DNA of 64,000 nt from Trypanosoma brucei (taxonomy: Eukaryota). The first letter of the stretch is position 1; the number at the start of each line of letters is the position of its first letter. A program made the position numbers and the translations under genes. The notes beneath the pieces are model-generated. The model had not been told where the DNA came from and ran no database searches. It saw only the letters and a list, made by a program, of their open reading frames with translations. Location: positions 480,001 to 544,000 of the forward strand of contig CP000069.1 in NCBI GenBank assembly GCA_000002445.1, in the 5' to 3' direction. Below are positions 11,582 through 23,202 of the stretch, one piece after another.

Positions 11582-12607
11582 TCAGATAAAACAGAGGGAT
11601 ACTGACAGTAACGTAATTTTGAGTGAGGGGGATGATGCAATATTCTGTTTTTGTGTTTGTGTGGGTTGAGCATCGGAATCCTTTCGTGCTGCAGTTTGGG
11701 GTGCTGTTCTCGAGGGTTGCGCACCTTCAGCTCCAGCTCCAGATTCCTTTAATGCCTTTACTTCCTCTTCATTTTTCGCTTTACCGTAAGTTCCCCTCAA
11801 CTTTTCGACTTGCTCTCTCAACTTTTGAAGAGCCTCATCTCTTCCCTTCATGTGGTCTGTTGCCTCATTCAAGTTCTTAACCCACGGCTTAGAAGTAAAT
11901 ATATCAGGCTCCTCCTCAGGCATTGGTGGACCGCCGGGCGGCGGGGGTGGTGGACCGTCATGTATTGGTTTTTCAGGATACAATCCTCGCAAACCCTCCA
12001 AGTCCTTTCTTATGGCATCAACAGTAACCTCAACTCTATTGATACCCTTTGTACATTTTCCCTTAAGTTCAACCCATGCCTGAAGACCGTCTTCGGCGTT
12101 TCCGTTCTGGCCATACTCTCGGGCTTTCCCGCTCCCAAGGCAGTAGTCGGTGGCCTCACCAACAGAGCTGCAAGTGCAGACAATTTCTTTTGGTAATGCT
12201 GGCCACTCGCTAGCTGGGTTACAGGGCTGGTTGCCCCCATGGGACCCAAACGTTTTGTCCGCATCCTCTTTTTCAATGTTTTCCCCATACGCTGCTTTTT
12301 GAAACGATGACCTGGCGCCATTTTCATGACTCTTTACTTCGTCTTCTAACTCTTTAACTTTATCCACCTCCGCTTTTAAAGCTGGTGAATCCCTGGCATC
12401 TTTATTAAACCACTGATAATCTTCGGTTTCTTTTAACTTATCGAGGTGACTTTTTTCTTTCGCTCCCTTTTCTGCCTTCGTGAAGAGTGAGCACAAGAGA
12501 TCAAATCCCTTTTTGTTTTTTTCATGGTCAACTGCGTTATCGTCTTGAGCTGTTATCCGCGTTACCAACACTCCCACCATGACCACTTTCATAATTACTC
12601 TCCACAT
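11582..12607 (-). CDS. Surface-protein family copy 2, 341 aa.
   Basis: ATG confirmed at 12605-12607. Architecture matches copy 1. Pro tract GPPPPPPGGPPMPEEEPD. The C-terminal ~75 aa are identical to copies 4 and 5. Confidence 0.8.
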   Translation of the reverse strand: MWRVIMKVVMVGVLVTRITAQDDNAVDHEKNKKGFDLLCSLFTKAEKGAKEKSHLDKLKETEDYQWFNKDARDSPALKAEVDKVKELEDEVKSHENGARSSFQKAAYGENIEKEDADKTFGSHGGNQPCNPASEWPALPKEIVCTCSSVGEATDYCLGSGKAREYGQNGNAEDGLQAWVELKGKCTKGINRVEVTVDAIRKDLEGLRGLYPEKPIHDGPPPPPPGGPPMPEEEPDIFTSKPWVKNLNEATDHMKGRDEALQKLREQVEKLRGTYGKAKNEEEVKALKESGAGAEGAQPSRTAPQTAARKDSDAQPTQTQKQNIASSPSLKITLLSVSLCFI

Positions 12608-14251
12608 AGATGTATACCTTTATTATTCGTAATAACAACACAGTAAAAAATAATAGAACATTCATAATAAACACTACAATAATATCAAATCAATGTTGTC
12701 TATCATAACATTGCGTATATTATCCCACAGAGCAAGTGTTAATTTTAAACTCTCGGCAGAAAGTGATATATCTTGCACAGGCAGAGCAAACAGGCTGAAA
12801 TAAAATAGCACCCAACAGGCCATCTCCACAAGTTCACTATACACACAAGAATGATAAATTCACTCAGTTACTCAACAGATGCCAGATATTTGATTTCCCA
12901 TAAACTTTTTTTATTCCTTACTGCTCTAACTCTCTGAAAGGAATTTCCCTCATACAGTAGATTCAGCTGGGTCAAGAAGAGGCACACATCCCACCTCAAC
13001 TTTTTCACCTGCCCAATTTCGGTTTATTTCGGCCAGATACCTTATGATAATTCCCATACTCATATCATTATAGTCACACTTTCTCCATGTCCTCTCAGAC
13101 ACACAAACAAATCATGTTCCTCAATCTTCACATCGCTGTTAAAAACAACAACAGCAAAAAGAAAATACCCACGGTATATTCATTGCTATCTTGTTCCAAA
13201 GCTAGTTCCGTGACCGTAACGTCAGCGACATTCCCTACGAACACAAATATTATCATGTGATAAAAGAATTGGAAGGACACATTTCCTAATATGAAACCGC
13301 AAATCACTGAAACACAAATGTGTAAAGTGTCTAGGAATGGATATACAAAAGGTGGTGTTTAGTGAGGGAAGGATTATTAACTGCCACCCAGTGTGTCTAT
13401 TTCTTTACACCTCATTTCGTATATTGTCAACAATACAAAGTCTTATAAAACATACCATCAGTTGTTCTCCAATAAATATACGTTATACATGCCAATATCA
13501 CAGACACTGCAACATCCTCTTTCTTCAACACTTCAAATACGTAACTCATATACTACTTGCTAAATGTCTTAGTACCATATCCATGCCTCACTGAAGGGTT
13601 TGTGCCGTAACCCAATTAAATGTTGCTTCCTCTCCTCCTTCCATTTCCTCACAATATGATACGCAGAGCTGCAACTTTGTAATATGTGCGCAGTTGATGG
13701 GGACTTCAGTGGTTATCACTTTAAATTGCAAATGGAAATTCTGAAACAGTTCCAATACTCCCTCATGAATACCAACTAGTGTGTGTCTCCCATATACTAG
13801 CAGTTGTCATTACTGCAATGTTATGCTCAATGAGGATCTTTTTATTATCAAGTGTTAGCGCCAACTATTTTATTGTTCATGTCAGGCTCATATTCATGTA
13901 AGTGAAATGGGTGAAACTGTTCTTTTCCTTACTTTGCATTATATAAATAAGAGGAAATAAGGAATGCTTGTTAGAGGCACTCAACAGACACATACACATA
14001 TGAGAGTTTCCATCCAACAATACATACATATCCTTTAAATAGTCCACCAACTGGAGGATGACACCAGCAGGTCAGTGAGGGAAGCAGTATGTCTAGGAAT
14101 AATATAAAAGACACGTGTGACAAAATTTACATATTTGTTGCCTTGCTTTGCCTGCTGCGAATACCATATCACCTCCATCAGTAAAGTTACGGAATTCGGT
14201 AAACTTCCATGAATGCACATAAGCAACTGATACACACACTCTCTTCCCTTT

Positions 14252-14866
14252 CTATTCCTCTCCTGCACAACTCACATGTTCACTTGACGCACTGTCATCC
14301 GCTGCAGCAGGTACCTGTTGTCTTCCAGGTGGTTTCTCTCCAGTCAATGCACCACAGAAGCTTACAGTTACTGGCAAAACGGGTCTGTCCACATCATCAA
14401 GAGGAACTGCCTCAAGTTTCTCTAGCAGTGAGAGATCATCAATGGCACGTCCAAACACAACTTGCTTGAAATCAAGAGATGGAGAAGGACCAAGTGTAAT
14501 GCCAAATACGGAGCCACTTGTGTGAGGACCCTCAGAGATCATTGTGAGAAGCCCACGTTCCGTGTGTCGGTGACGGTATCCTTCATCCGCTATTGGTGTG
14601 CCAGTGGAGGAGAGGTTAAAGGAATCCAATTCACCCAACACAATGATATTATTGTTGTGATCCACATGATGCACTTGTGTGCCAAGGTAATCCAATTTCA
14701 CACCCGTGTTGGTGTCAATCCCACATGACCCAGTGATTAATGCCCTGAAGTTTTCTACGGTTTGTGGCACTACATCGTCAAAGAGCTCAAATACCAGTCG
14801 TCCGCTGAGAACGTCATCGATGGACATGTCCAGGAAGGCACGGCAGGAGTTCTGTTCCTCCTTCAT
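14252..14866 (-). CDS. Cyclophilin-like protein, copy 2, 204 aa.
   Basis: ATG confirmed at 14864-14866 (MKEEQNSC...). It is near-identical to the other copies, with DDVDRP in place of DDVGRP. An upstream in-frame stop comes from a c-to-a change (ttttacc versus ttttccc). Confidence 0.7.
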   Translation of the reverse strand: MKEEQNSCRAFLDMSIDDVLSGRLVFELFDDVVPQTVENFRALITGSCGIDTNTGVKLDYLGTQVHHVDHNNNIIVLGELDSFNLSSTGTPIADEGYRHRHTERGLLTMISEGPHTSGSVFGITLGPSPSLDFKQVVFGRAIDDLSLLEKLEAVPLDDVDRPVLPVTVSFCGALTGEKPPGRQQVPAAADDSASSEHVSCAGEE

Positions 14867-15466
14867 GCGATGACTCCGCTGGTAATTTTACCATTCCTTT
14901 AAGCGGTGCTGTCTCACATTATTTCATAATTTCCTAATTTGCACTCTACAGCAGGACAAAAAAAAAAAAGAGGAAATATATTGACACAGCAAAGCACACT
15001 CAGTACCCATCCTCCCTCTATTGTTAGTCTCCACACCAATATATTGCCCATTATATGCACAGGAAACGTAAGCTAAAATATATATAGATATCCGGTAACC
15101 GCAACTGGCGGTTGCAACAGTAGCCAACACGGTACACATAAATGTTTTAAGTTCTTACGAACAAAGTTATTCCATCAATAATATGAAACACAAAATGGCA
15201 TAAACACACAAGACAAACAAACCCCATCTCTGCCAAATGCACTTTTACATTTCTGTGGGTGAGCCATTATTGGAGTCCCGTGGCAGTAAACACTATTACA
15301 AACATTATTCGGAGAAGCTTTGAAATAAGATATATAAGACAAGGAAATCAGTAACACAACACATTTGAATGCTTACATTAGTTTATAGAATATTGATGCG
15401 TATGATAGCGTTGCGGCAAACAGTTTACATTGCAATATGCTTTTGAATCGTTCCTTATTATGATAG

Positions 15467-16504
15467 TCAGATAAAACAGAGGGATACTGATAGTAACGTA
15501 ATTTTGAGTGAGGGAAATGATGCAATATTCTGTTTTTGTGTTTGTGTTTGTGTGGGTTGAGGATCGGAATCCTTTCGTGCTGCAGTTTGGGGTGCTGTTC
15601 TCGAGGGTTGCACACCTTCAGCTCCAGCTCCAGATTCCTTTAATGCCTTTACTTCCTCTTCATTTTTCGCTCTACCGTAAGTTCCCTTCAGCCTTTTAAC
15701 TTTCTCCTTCAAGTTTTCCAGCGCTGCATCTCTCTTATTCATATGGCTCATCGCCTCATCTAACCGCTTAACCCATGGCTTAGAAGCAAGAGGATCAGGC
15801 CTTTCAGGTATTTGTAGTGGTGAACTGTCTGGTGGTGGTGGTGATGGTGGTGGTGGGGGTGGTGGGGGTGGTGGGGAATCAACTTCCTGGTCTTCTGAAT
15901 ACAATCCTCGCAAATTCTCCAAGTCTTTTCTTATGGCTTCAATAGTAACCTCAACTCTTTCGCTATCCTTTGTACACCTGCTCTTAACTCCATACCATGC
16001 CTGTAGACCGTCTTCCGCTGTCCCGCTTTGGTCATGGCCATAACTTCGAGCCTTCCCGCTCCCAAGGCAGTAGTCGGTGGCCTCGCCAACAGAGCTGCAA
16101 ATGCAGACAATTTCTTTTGGTATTGTTGGCCACTCACTAGCTGGGTTACAGGGCTGGTTGCCCCCATGGGATCCAAAAGTTTTGTCCGCATCCTCTTTTT
16201 CAATGTTTTCCCCATACGCTGCTTTCCGAAACGCTGTCCTGGCATTATTTTCATGACTCTGCACTTCGCTTTCTAACTCTTTCACCTTTTCCGTCTCCGT
16301 TTTCAGAGTCGATGAATCTCTAGCATGTTTCAACTTACCGATGTAGTTTTCTCCTTTTGCTCCCTCTGCCGCCTTCGTGAAGAGCGAGCACAAAATATCA
16401 AACATCTTCTCGTTTTTGCCATGGTTCCTCCAGCTGTCCTCGCCGACAGTAACCTGCGATACCAACACTCCCACCATGACCACTTGCATAAATGATCGCC
16501 ACAT
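15467..16504 (-). CDS. Surface-protein family copy 3, 345 aa, the most divergent N-terminal and central region.
   Basis: N-terminus MWRSFMQVVMVGVLVSQVTVG. Longest Pro tract, SPPPPPPPPPPSPPPPDSSP, encoded by a (GGT/GGG)n run on the plus strand at ~15830-15880. Shares the invariant C-terminal tail. Confidence 0.8.
   Translation of the reverse strand: MWRSFMQVVMVGVLVSQVTVGEDSWRNHGKNEKMFDILCSLFTKAAEGAKGENYIGKLKHARDSSTLKTETEKVKELESEVQSHENNARTAFRKAAYGENIEKEDADKTFGSHGGNQPCNPASEWPTIPKEIVCICSSVGEATDYCLGSGKARSYGHDQSGTAEDGLQAWYGVKSRCTKDSERVEVTIEAIRKDLENLRGLYSEDQEVDSPPPPPPPPPPSPPPPDSSPLQIPERPDPLASKPWVKRLDEAMSHMNKRDAALENLKEKVKRLKGTYGRAKNEEEVKALKESGAGAEGVQPSRTAPQTAARKDSDPQPTQTQTQKQNIASFPSLKITLLSVSLCFI
15828..15880. 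repeat. (GGT/GGG)n trinucleotide-like tract encoding the poly-Pro hinge of surface-protein copy 3
   Basis: ggtggtggtggtgatggtggtggtgggggtggtgggggtggtgggg on the plus strand encodes PPPPPPPPPPSPPPP on the minus strand. Shorter, different-length equivalents lie in the other four copies at ~8000-8050, 11930-11960, 19680-19720 and 23560-23600. Confidence 0.85.
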
Positions 16505-18097
16505 TGTTGTCTTTCTTCACTGTAAACAACAGCACAGAGAAAAACAGCATTCATATTAAACACTACCGTAAAATCAAATAAATGCTGTCTACCTTAAAAC
16601 ATGCACATGTATTATCCCACAGATCAAATATTAATTTTCAACCATCGGCATAAAAAGATATGCCTTTCGTAGGCAGAGCAAACAAACTAACATAACATCC
16701 AACAAGCCACCTCAACAAGCTCACTATACACGAGGATAGTAAATTCGTCAAATCACTATACAGATGCCATCGTCGTCATTTCCCTCATACAGTAGATTCA
16801 GCTGGGTCAAAAAGAGACACACATCCCACATCAAGTCTTTCACCTGCCTTATCCTGGTGTATTTCAATCACTCAACCTCTGACAATTGCTATATTCATAT
16901 TCTTTTGGTTACACTTTCTTAATATCCTCTCAGATACACGAGCACATCACATTGCTTATCTTTACATGGCAATCCAAAATAACAACAGAACCAAAATGCA
17001 CACAGTAAACTTCTTGACACCTGAGGCCGCTCCCACTCCAATCTCGAGGGCCTTAACATCAGAGACACTCTTGACTAACACTAATACTATTGTGTGATAA
17101 AAGAATTGGAAGGATACATTTCCTAACATGACACCGAAAATTACTGAAACACAAATGTGTAAAGTGTCTATGGATGGAAATGCAAAATATGTGGTGTTTA
17201 GTAAGGGAAGGATTATTAACTGCCACCCGGAGTGTATATTTCGTTTAACCTCACTCTGCATATTCTGAACAATACCAAATCTTATAAAACACACCACCAG
17301 TTGTTCTCCAATAAATATACGTTATACATGCCAATATCACAAACACTGCAACATCCTCTTTCTTCAACACTTCAAATACGTAACTCATATATCACTTGCT
17401 AAAGGTCTTAGTACCATATCCATGCCTCACTGAAGGGTTCGTGCCCCTACCCAATTAAATGTTGCTTCCTCTCCTCCTTCCATTTCCTCACAATATGATA
17501 CGCAGAGCTGCAACTTTGTAATATGTGCGCAGTTGATGGGGACTTCAGCCGTTATCACTTTAAATTGCAAATGGAAATTCTGAAACAATTCCAATACTCC
17601 CTCATGAATACCAACTGTTGCGTGTGTGTCTCCCATATACCGGCAGTTGCCATTACTGCAATGTTATGCTCAATGAGGATCTTTTTAATATCAAGTGTTA
17701 ACGGCAACTATTTTATTGTTCATGTCAGGCTCATATTCATGTAAGTGAAATGGGTGAAACTGTTCTTTTCCTTACTTTGCATTATATAAATAAGAGGAAA
17801 TAAGGGATGCTTGTTAGAGGCACGCAACAGACACATACACATATGAGAGTTTCCATCCAACAATACATACATACCCTTTAAATAGTCCACCAACTGGAGG
17901 ATGACACCAGCATGTCAGTGAGGGAAGCAGTATGTCTAGGAATAACATAAAAGACACGCGTGAAGGAATTTACATATTTGTTGCCTTGCTTTGCCTGCTG
18001 CTACGAATACCATATCACCTCCATCAGTAAAGTTACGGAATTCGGTAAACTTCCATGAATGCACATAAGCAACTGATACACACACACTTTTCCCTTC

Positions 18098-18712
18098 CTA
18101 TTCCTCTCCTGCACAACTCACATGTTCACTTGACGCACTGTCATCCGCTGCAGCAAGTAACTGTTGTCTTCCAGGTGGTTTCTCTCCAGTCAATGCACCA
18201 CAGAAGCTTACAGTTACTGGCAAAACGGGTCTGCCCACATCATCAAGAGGAACTGCCTCAAGTTTCTCTAGCAGTGAGAGATCATCAATGGCACGTCCAA
18301 ACACAACTTGCTTGAAATCAAGAGATGGAGAAGGACCAAGTGTAATGCCAAATACGGAGCCACTTGTGTGAGGACCCTCAGAGATCATTGTGAGGAGCCC
18401 ACGTTCCGTGTGTCGGTGACGGTATCCTTCATCCGCTATTGGTGTGCCAGTGGAGGAGAGGTTAAAGGAATCCAATTCACCCAACACAATGATATTATTG
18501 TTGTGATCCACATGATGCACTTGTGTGCCAAGGTAATCCAATTTCACACCCGTGTTGGTGTCAATCCCACATGACCCAGTGATTAATGCCCTGAAGTTTT
18601 CTACGGTTTGTGGCACTACATCGTCAAAGAGCTCAAATACCAGTCGTCCGCTGAGAACGTCATCAATAGACATATCCAGGAAGGCACGGCAGGAGTTCTG
18701 TTCCTCCTTCAT
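18098..18712 (-). CDS. Cyclophilin-like protein, copy 3, 204 aa from the first ATG. The ORF track extends it to 18763.
   Basis: The translated protein is identical to copy 1. Confidence 0.7.
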   Translation of the reverse strand: MKEEQNSCRAFLDMSIDDVLSGRLVFELFDDVVPQTVENFRALITGSCGIDTNTGVKLDYLGTQVHHVDHNNNIIVLGELDSFNLSSTGTPIADEGYRHRHTERGLLTMISEGPHTSGSVFGITLGPSPSLDFKQVVFGRAIDDLSLLEKLEAVPLDDVGRPVLPVTVSFCGALTGEKPPGRQQLLAAADDSASSEHVSCAGEE

Positions 18713-19316
18713 GCGATGACTCCGCTGGTAATTTTCCCATTCCTTTAAGCGGTGCTGTCTCACATTATTTCATAATTTCCTAATTTGCACTCTACAGCAG
18801 GACAAAAAAAAAAAAGAGGAAATATATTGACACAGCAAAGCACACTCAGTACCCATCCTCCCTCTATTGTTAGTCTCCACACCAATATATTGCCCATTAT
18901 ATGCACAGGAAACGTAAGCTAAAATATATATAGATATCCGGTAACCGCAACTGGCGGTTGTAACACTAGTCAATACGGTGCACATAAATTTTATACGAGT
19001 TCTTACGAACAAAGTTATTCCATCAACAATATGAAACACAAAATGATATATAAACACACAAGACAAACAAACCCCATCTCTGCCAAATGCACTTTTACAT
19101 TTCTACGGGTGAGCCATTATTGGAGTCCCGTGGCAGTAAACACTATTACAAACATTATTGGGGGAAGCTTTGGAATAGGATATATAAGACAAGGAAATCA
19201 GTAACACAACACATTTGAATGCTTACATTAATTTATAGAATATTGATGCGTATGATAACGTTGCGGCAAACAGTTTACATTGCAATATGCTTTTGAATCG
19301 TTCCTTATTATGATAG

Positions 19317-20360
19317 TCAGATAAAACAGAGGGATACTGATAGTAACGTAATTTTGAGTGAGGGGGATGATGCAATATTCTGTTTTTGTGTTTGTGTGGG
19401 TTGAGCATCGGAATCCTTTCGTGCTGCAGTTTGGGGTGCTGTTCTCGAGGGTTGCGCACCTTCAGCTCCAGCTCCAGATTCCTTTAATGCCTTTACTTCC
19501 TCTTCATTTTTCGCTTTACCGTAAGTTCCCCTCAACTTTTCGACTTGCTCTCTCAACTTTTGAAGAGCCTCATCTCTTCCCTTCATGTGGTCTGTTGCCT
19601 CATTCAAGTTCTTAACCCACGGCTTAGAAGTAAATATATCAGGCTCCTCCTCAGGCATTGGTGGACTGCCAGGTGGGAACGGAGGTGGCGGTGGTGGCGG
19701 TGGAGGTTCTTGGCCTTTTGAGTCGTCTGAATACAAACCCCTCAAACCCTCCAAGTCCTTTTCTATAGCTTCGACAGTAACCTCGGCACTGCTGCTGGCA
19801 CTCGTACATTTTCCCTTAACTCCATTCCATGCCTGTAGACGCTGTTCAGCCGTGGTATCGTCGTGATTTCGGGCATTCTCGCTCCCACCGAAGCAGCTTT
19901 CAGTGGCACCTTGTGTGGGGCTGCAACTACAGATGATACTGTTAGGTATCGTTGACCATCGGTTTGTTTCGTCGCATGGATTGCCTACTGTATGGTGTCC
20001 AAAAGTTTTGTCCGCGTCCTCTTCTTCAATGTTATCCCCATAGGCTGCTTTCCGAAACGCTGTCTTGGCGCCACTTTCATGGCTCTGCACTTTGTTTTCT
20101 AACTCTTTAACTTTATCCACCTCCGCTTTTAAAGCTGGTGAATCCCTGGCATCTTTATTAAACCACTGATAATCTTCGGTTTCTTTTAGCTTATCGAGGT
20201 GACTTTTTTCTTTCGCTCCCTTTTCTGCCTTCGTGAAGAGTGAGCACAAGAGATCAAATCCCTTCTTGTCTTTCTCGTGGTCAATCCAGTCATTCTTTCC
20301 CATTGCAACTCCCGTTACCAACACTCCCACCATGACCACTTTCATAATTACTCTCCACAT
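19317..20360 (-). CDS. Surface-protein family copy 4, 347 aa.
   Basis: N-terminus MWRVIMKVVMVGVLVTGVAMGKNDW. Pro tract EPPPPPPPPPFPPGSPPMPEEEPD. It differs from copy 5 at only ~6 residues. Confidence 0.8.
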   Translation of the reverse strand: MWRVIMKVVMVGVLVTGVAMGKNDWIDHEKDKKGFDLLCSLFTKAEKGAKEKSHLDKLKETEDYQWFNKDARDSPALKAEVDKVKELENKVQSHESGAKTAFRKAAYGDNIEEEDADKTFGHHTVGNPCDETNRWSTIPNSIICSCSPTQGATESCFGGSENARNHDDTTAEQRLQAWNGVKGKCTSASSSAEVTVEAIEKDLEGLRGLYSDDSKGQEPPPPPPPPPFPPGSPPMPEEEPDIFTSKPWVKNLNEATDHMKGRDEALQKLREQVEKLRGTYGKAKNEEEVKALKESGAGAEGAQPSRTAPQTAARKDSDAQPTQTQKQNIASSPSLKITLLSVSLCFI

Positions 20361-21987
20361 AGATGTATACCTTTATTATTCGTAATAACAACACAGTAAA
20401 AAATAATAGAACATTAATATTAAACACTACAGTAATATCAAATCAATGTTGTCTATCATAACATTGCGTATATTATCCCACAGAGCAGTTATTACTGTTT
20501 AACTCTCAGCAGAAAGTGATATGCCATTCATAGGCAGAGCATGCAAACTAACATAACATCCAACAAGCCATCTCCACAAGCTCACTATACACGAGGATAG
20601 TAAATTCACGAAGTCACTTTACAGATGCCATCGTCGTGATTTCCCTCAATCTTTTTTTATTCCTTACTGCTCTAACTCTCTGAAAGGAATTTCCCTCATA
20701 CAGTAGATTCAGCTGGGTCAAAAAGAGGCACACATCCCACATCAAGTCTTTCACCTGCCTTATCCTGGTGTATTTCAACCACACACCTTCTAGGAATATT
20801 CATATATAATTATAGTCACACTTTCTCCATGTCCTCTCAGACACAAGAACAAATCATGATCCTCTACTTTTACATCACTATTAAATGAACAGCAAAAAGA
20901 AAATACACACAATATATTCATTGATATATGGTTCCCACTGCTGGTTCCGTGACCGTAATGTCAGTGACACATTTTACGAACACAAATACTATGATAAAAG
21001 AATTGGAAGGACACATTTCCTAACATGACACCGAAAATTACTGAAACACAAATGTGTAAAGTGTCTATGGATGGAAATGCAAAATATGTGGTGTTTAGTA
21101 AGGGAAGGATTATTAGCTGCCACCCGGAGTGTATATTTCTTTACACCTCATTTCGTATCTTGTCAACAATACAAAGTCTTATAAAACACACCACCAGTTG
21201 TTCTCCAATAAATATACGTTATACATGCCAATATCACAGACACTGCAACATCCTCTTTCTTCAACACTTCAAATACGTAACTCATATATCACTTGCTAAA
21301 GGTCTTAGTACCATATCCATGCCTCACTGAAGGGTTTGTGCCGTAACCCAATTAAATGTTGCTTCCTCTCCTCCTTCCATTTCCTCACAATATGATACGC
21401 AGAGCTGCAACTTTGTAATATGTGCGCAGTTGATGGGGACTTCAGTGGTTATCACTTTAAATTGCAAATGGAAATTCTGAAACAGTTCCAATACTCCCTC
21501 ATGAATACCAACTAGTGTGTGTCTCCCATATACTAGCAGTTGTCATTACTGCAATGTTATGCTCAATGAGGATCTTTTTATTATCAAGTGTTAGCGCCAA
21601 CTATTTTATTGTTCATGTCAGGCTCATATTCATGTAAGTGAAATGGGTGAAACTGTTCTTTTCCTTACTTTGCATTATATAAATAAGAGGAAATAAGGAA
21701 TGCTTGTTAGAGGCACTCAACAGACACATACACATATGAGAGTTTCCATCCAACAATACATACATATCCTTTAAATAGTCCACCAACTGGAGGATGACAC
21801 CAGCAGGTCAGTGAGGGAAGCAGTATGTCTAGGAATAATATAAAAGACACGTGTGACAAAATTTACATATTTGTTGCCTTGCTTTGCCTGCTGCGAATAC
21901 CATATCACCTCCATCAGTAAAGTTACGGAATTCGGTAAACTTCCATGAATGCACATAAGCAACTGATACACACACACTTTTCCCTTC

Positions 21988-22602
21988 CTATTCCTCTCCT
22001 GCACAACTCACATGTTCACTTGACGCACTGTCATCCGCTGCAGCAAGTAACTGTTGTCTTCCAGGTGGTTTCTCTCCAGTCAATGCACCACAGAAGCTTA
22101 CAGTTACTGGCAAAACGGGTCTGCCCACATCATCAAGAGGAACTGCCTCAAGTTTCTCTAGCAGTGAGAGATCATCAATGGCACGTCCAAACACAACTTG
22201 CTTGAAATCAAGAGATGGAGAAGGACCAAGTGTAATGCCAAATACGGAGCCACTTGTGTGAGGACCCTCAGAGATCATTGTGAGGAGCCCACGTTCCGTG
22301 TGTCGGTGACGGTATCCTTCATCCGCTATTGGTGTGCCAGTGGAGGAGAGGTTAAAGGAATCCAATTCACCCAACACAATGATATTATTGTTGTGATCCA
22401 CATGATGCACTTGTGTGCCAAGGTAATCCAATTTCACACCCGTGTTGGTGTCAATCCCACATGACCCAGTGATTAATGCCCTGAAGTTTTCTACGGTTTG
22501 TGGCACTACATCGTCAAAGAGCTCAAATACCAGTCGTCCGCTGAGAACGTCATCAATAGACATATCCAGGAAGGCACGGCAGGAGTTCTGTTCCTCCTTC
22601 AT
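21988..22602 (-). CDS. Cyclophilin-like protein, copy 4, 204 aa from the first ATG. The ORF track extends it to 22653.
   Basis: Identical to copies 1 and 3. Confidence 0.7.
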   Translation of the reverse strand: MKEEQNSCRAFLDMSIDDVLSGRLVFELFDDVVPQTVENFRALITGSCGIDTNTGVKLDYLGTQVHHVDHNNNIIVLGELDSFNLSSTGTPIADEGYRHRHTERGLLTMISEGPHTSGSVFGITLGPSPSLDFKQVVFGRAIDDLSLLEKLEAVPLDDVGRPVLPVTVSFCGALTGEKPPGRQQLLAAADDSASSEHVSCAGEE

Positions 22603-23202
22603 GCGATGACTCCGCTGGTAATTTTCCCATTCCTTTAAGCGGTGCTGTCTCACATAATCTCATAATTTCCTAGTTTGCACTTTACAAAAGGACAAAAAAA
22701 AAAGTAAATATATTGACACAACGAAGCACACTCCGTACCCATCCTCCCTCTATTGTTAGTTTCCCAACCAATATACTGCACATTATATGCACAGTAAACG
22801 TAAGCTAAAATATATATAGATATCTGGTAACCGCAACTGGCGGTTGTAACACTAGTCAATACGGTGCACATAAATTTTATACGAGTTCTTACGAACAAAG
22901 TTATTCCATCAACAATATGAAACACAAAATGATATATAAACACACAAGACAAACAAACCCCATCTCTGCCAAATGCACTTTTACATTTCTACGGGTGAGC
23001 CATTATTGGAGTCCCGTGGCAGTAAACACTATTACAAACATTATTGGGGGAAGCTTTGGAATAGGATATATAAGACAAGGAAATCAGTAACACAACACAT
23101 TTGAATGCTTACATTAATTTATAGAATATTGATGCGTATGATAACGTTGCGGCAAACAGTTTACATTGCAATATGCTTTTGAATCGTATTTCATTATGAT
23201 AG

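Noticed and set aside
8150-16254. Antisense or alternative-frame ORFs embedded in the surface-protein genes (for example 8150-8431, 12010-12327, 15931-16254 on the minus strand, MK[IM][AM]PG[QH]RF[GK]KQRMG...; 11810-12196 and 19585-19866 on the plus strand)
   Set aside because: These are out-of-frame overlaps with the well-supported 341-351-aa CDS, which has the signal peptide, conserved Cys and GPI signal. They are products of the GC/Pro-codon-rich sequence.
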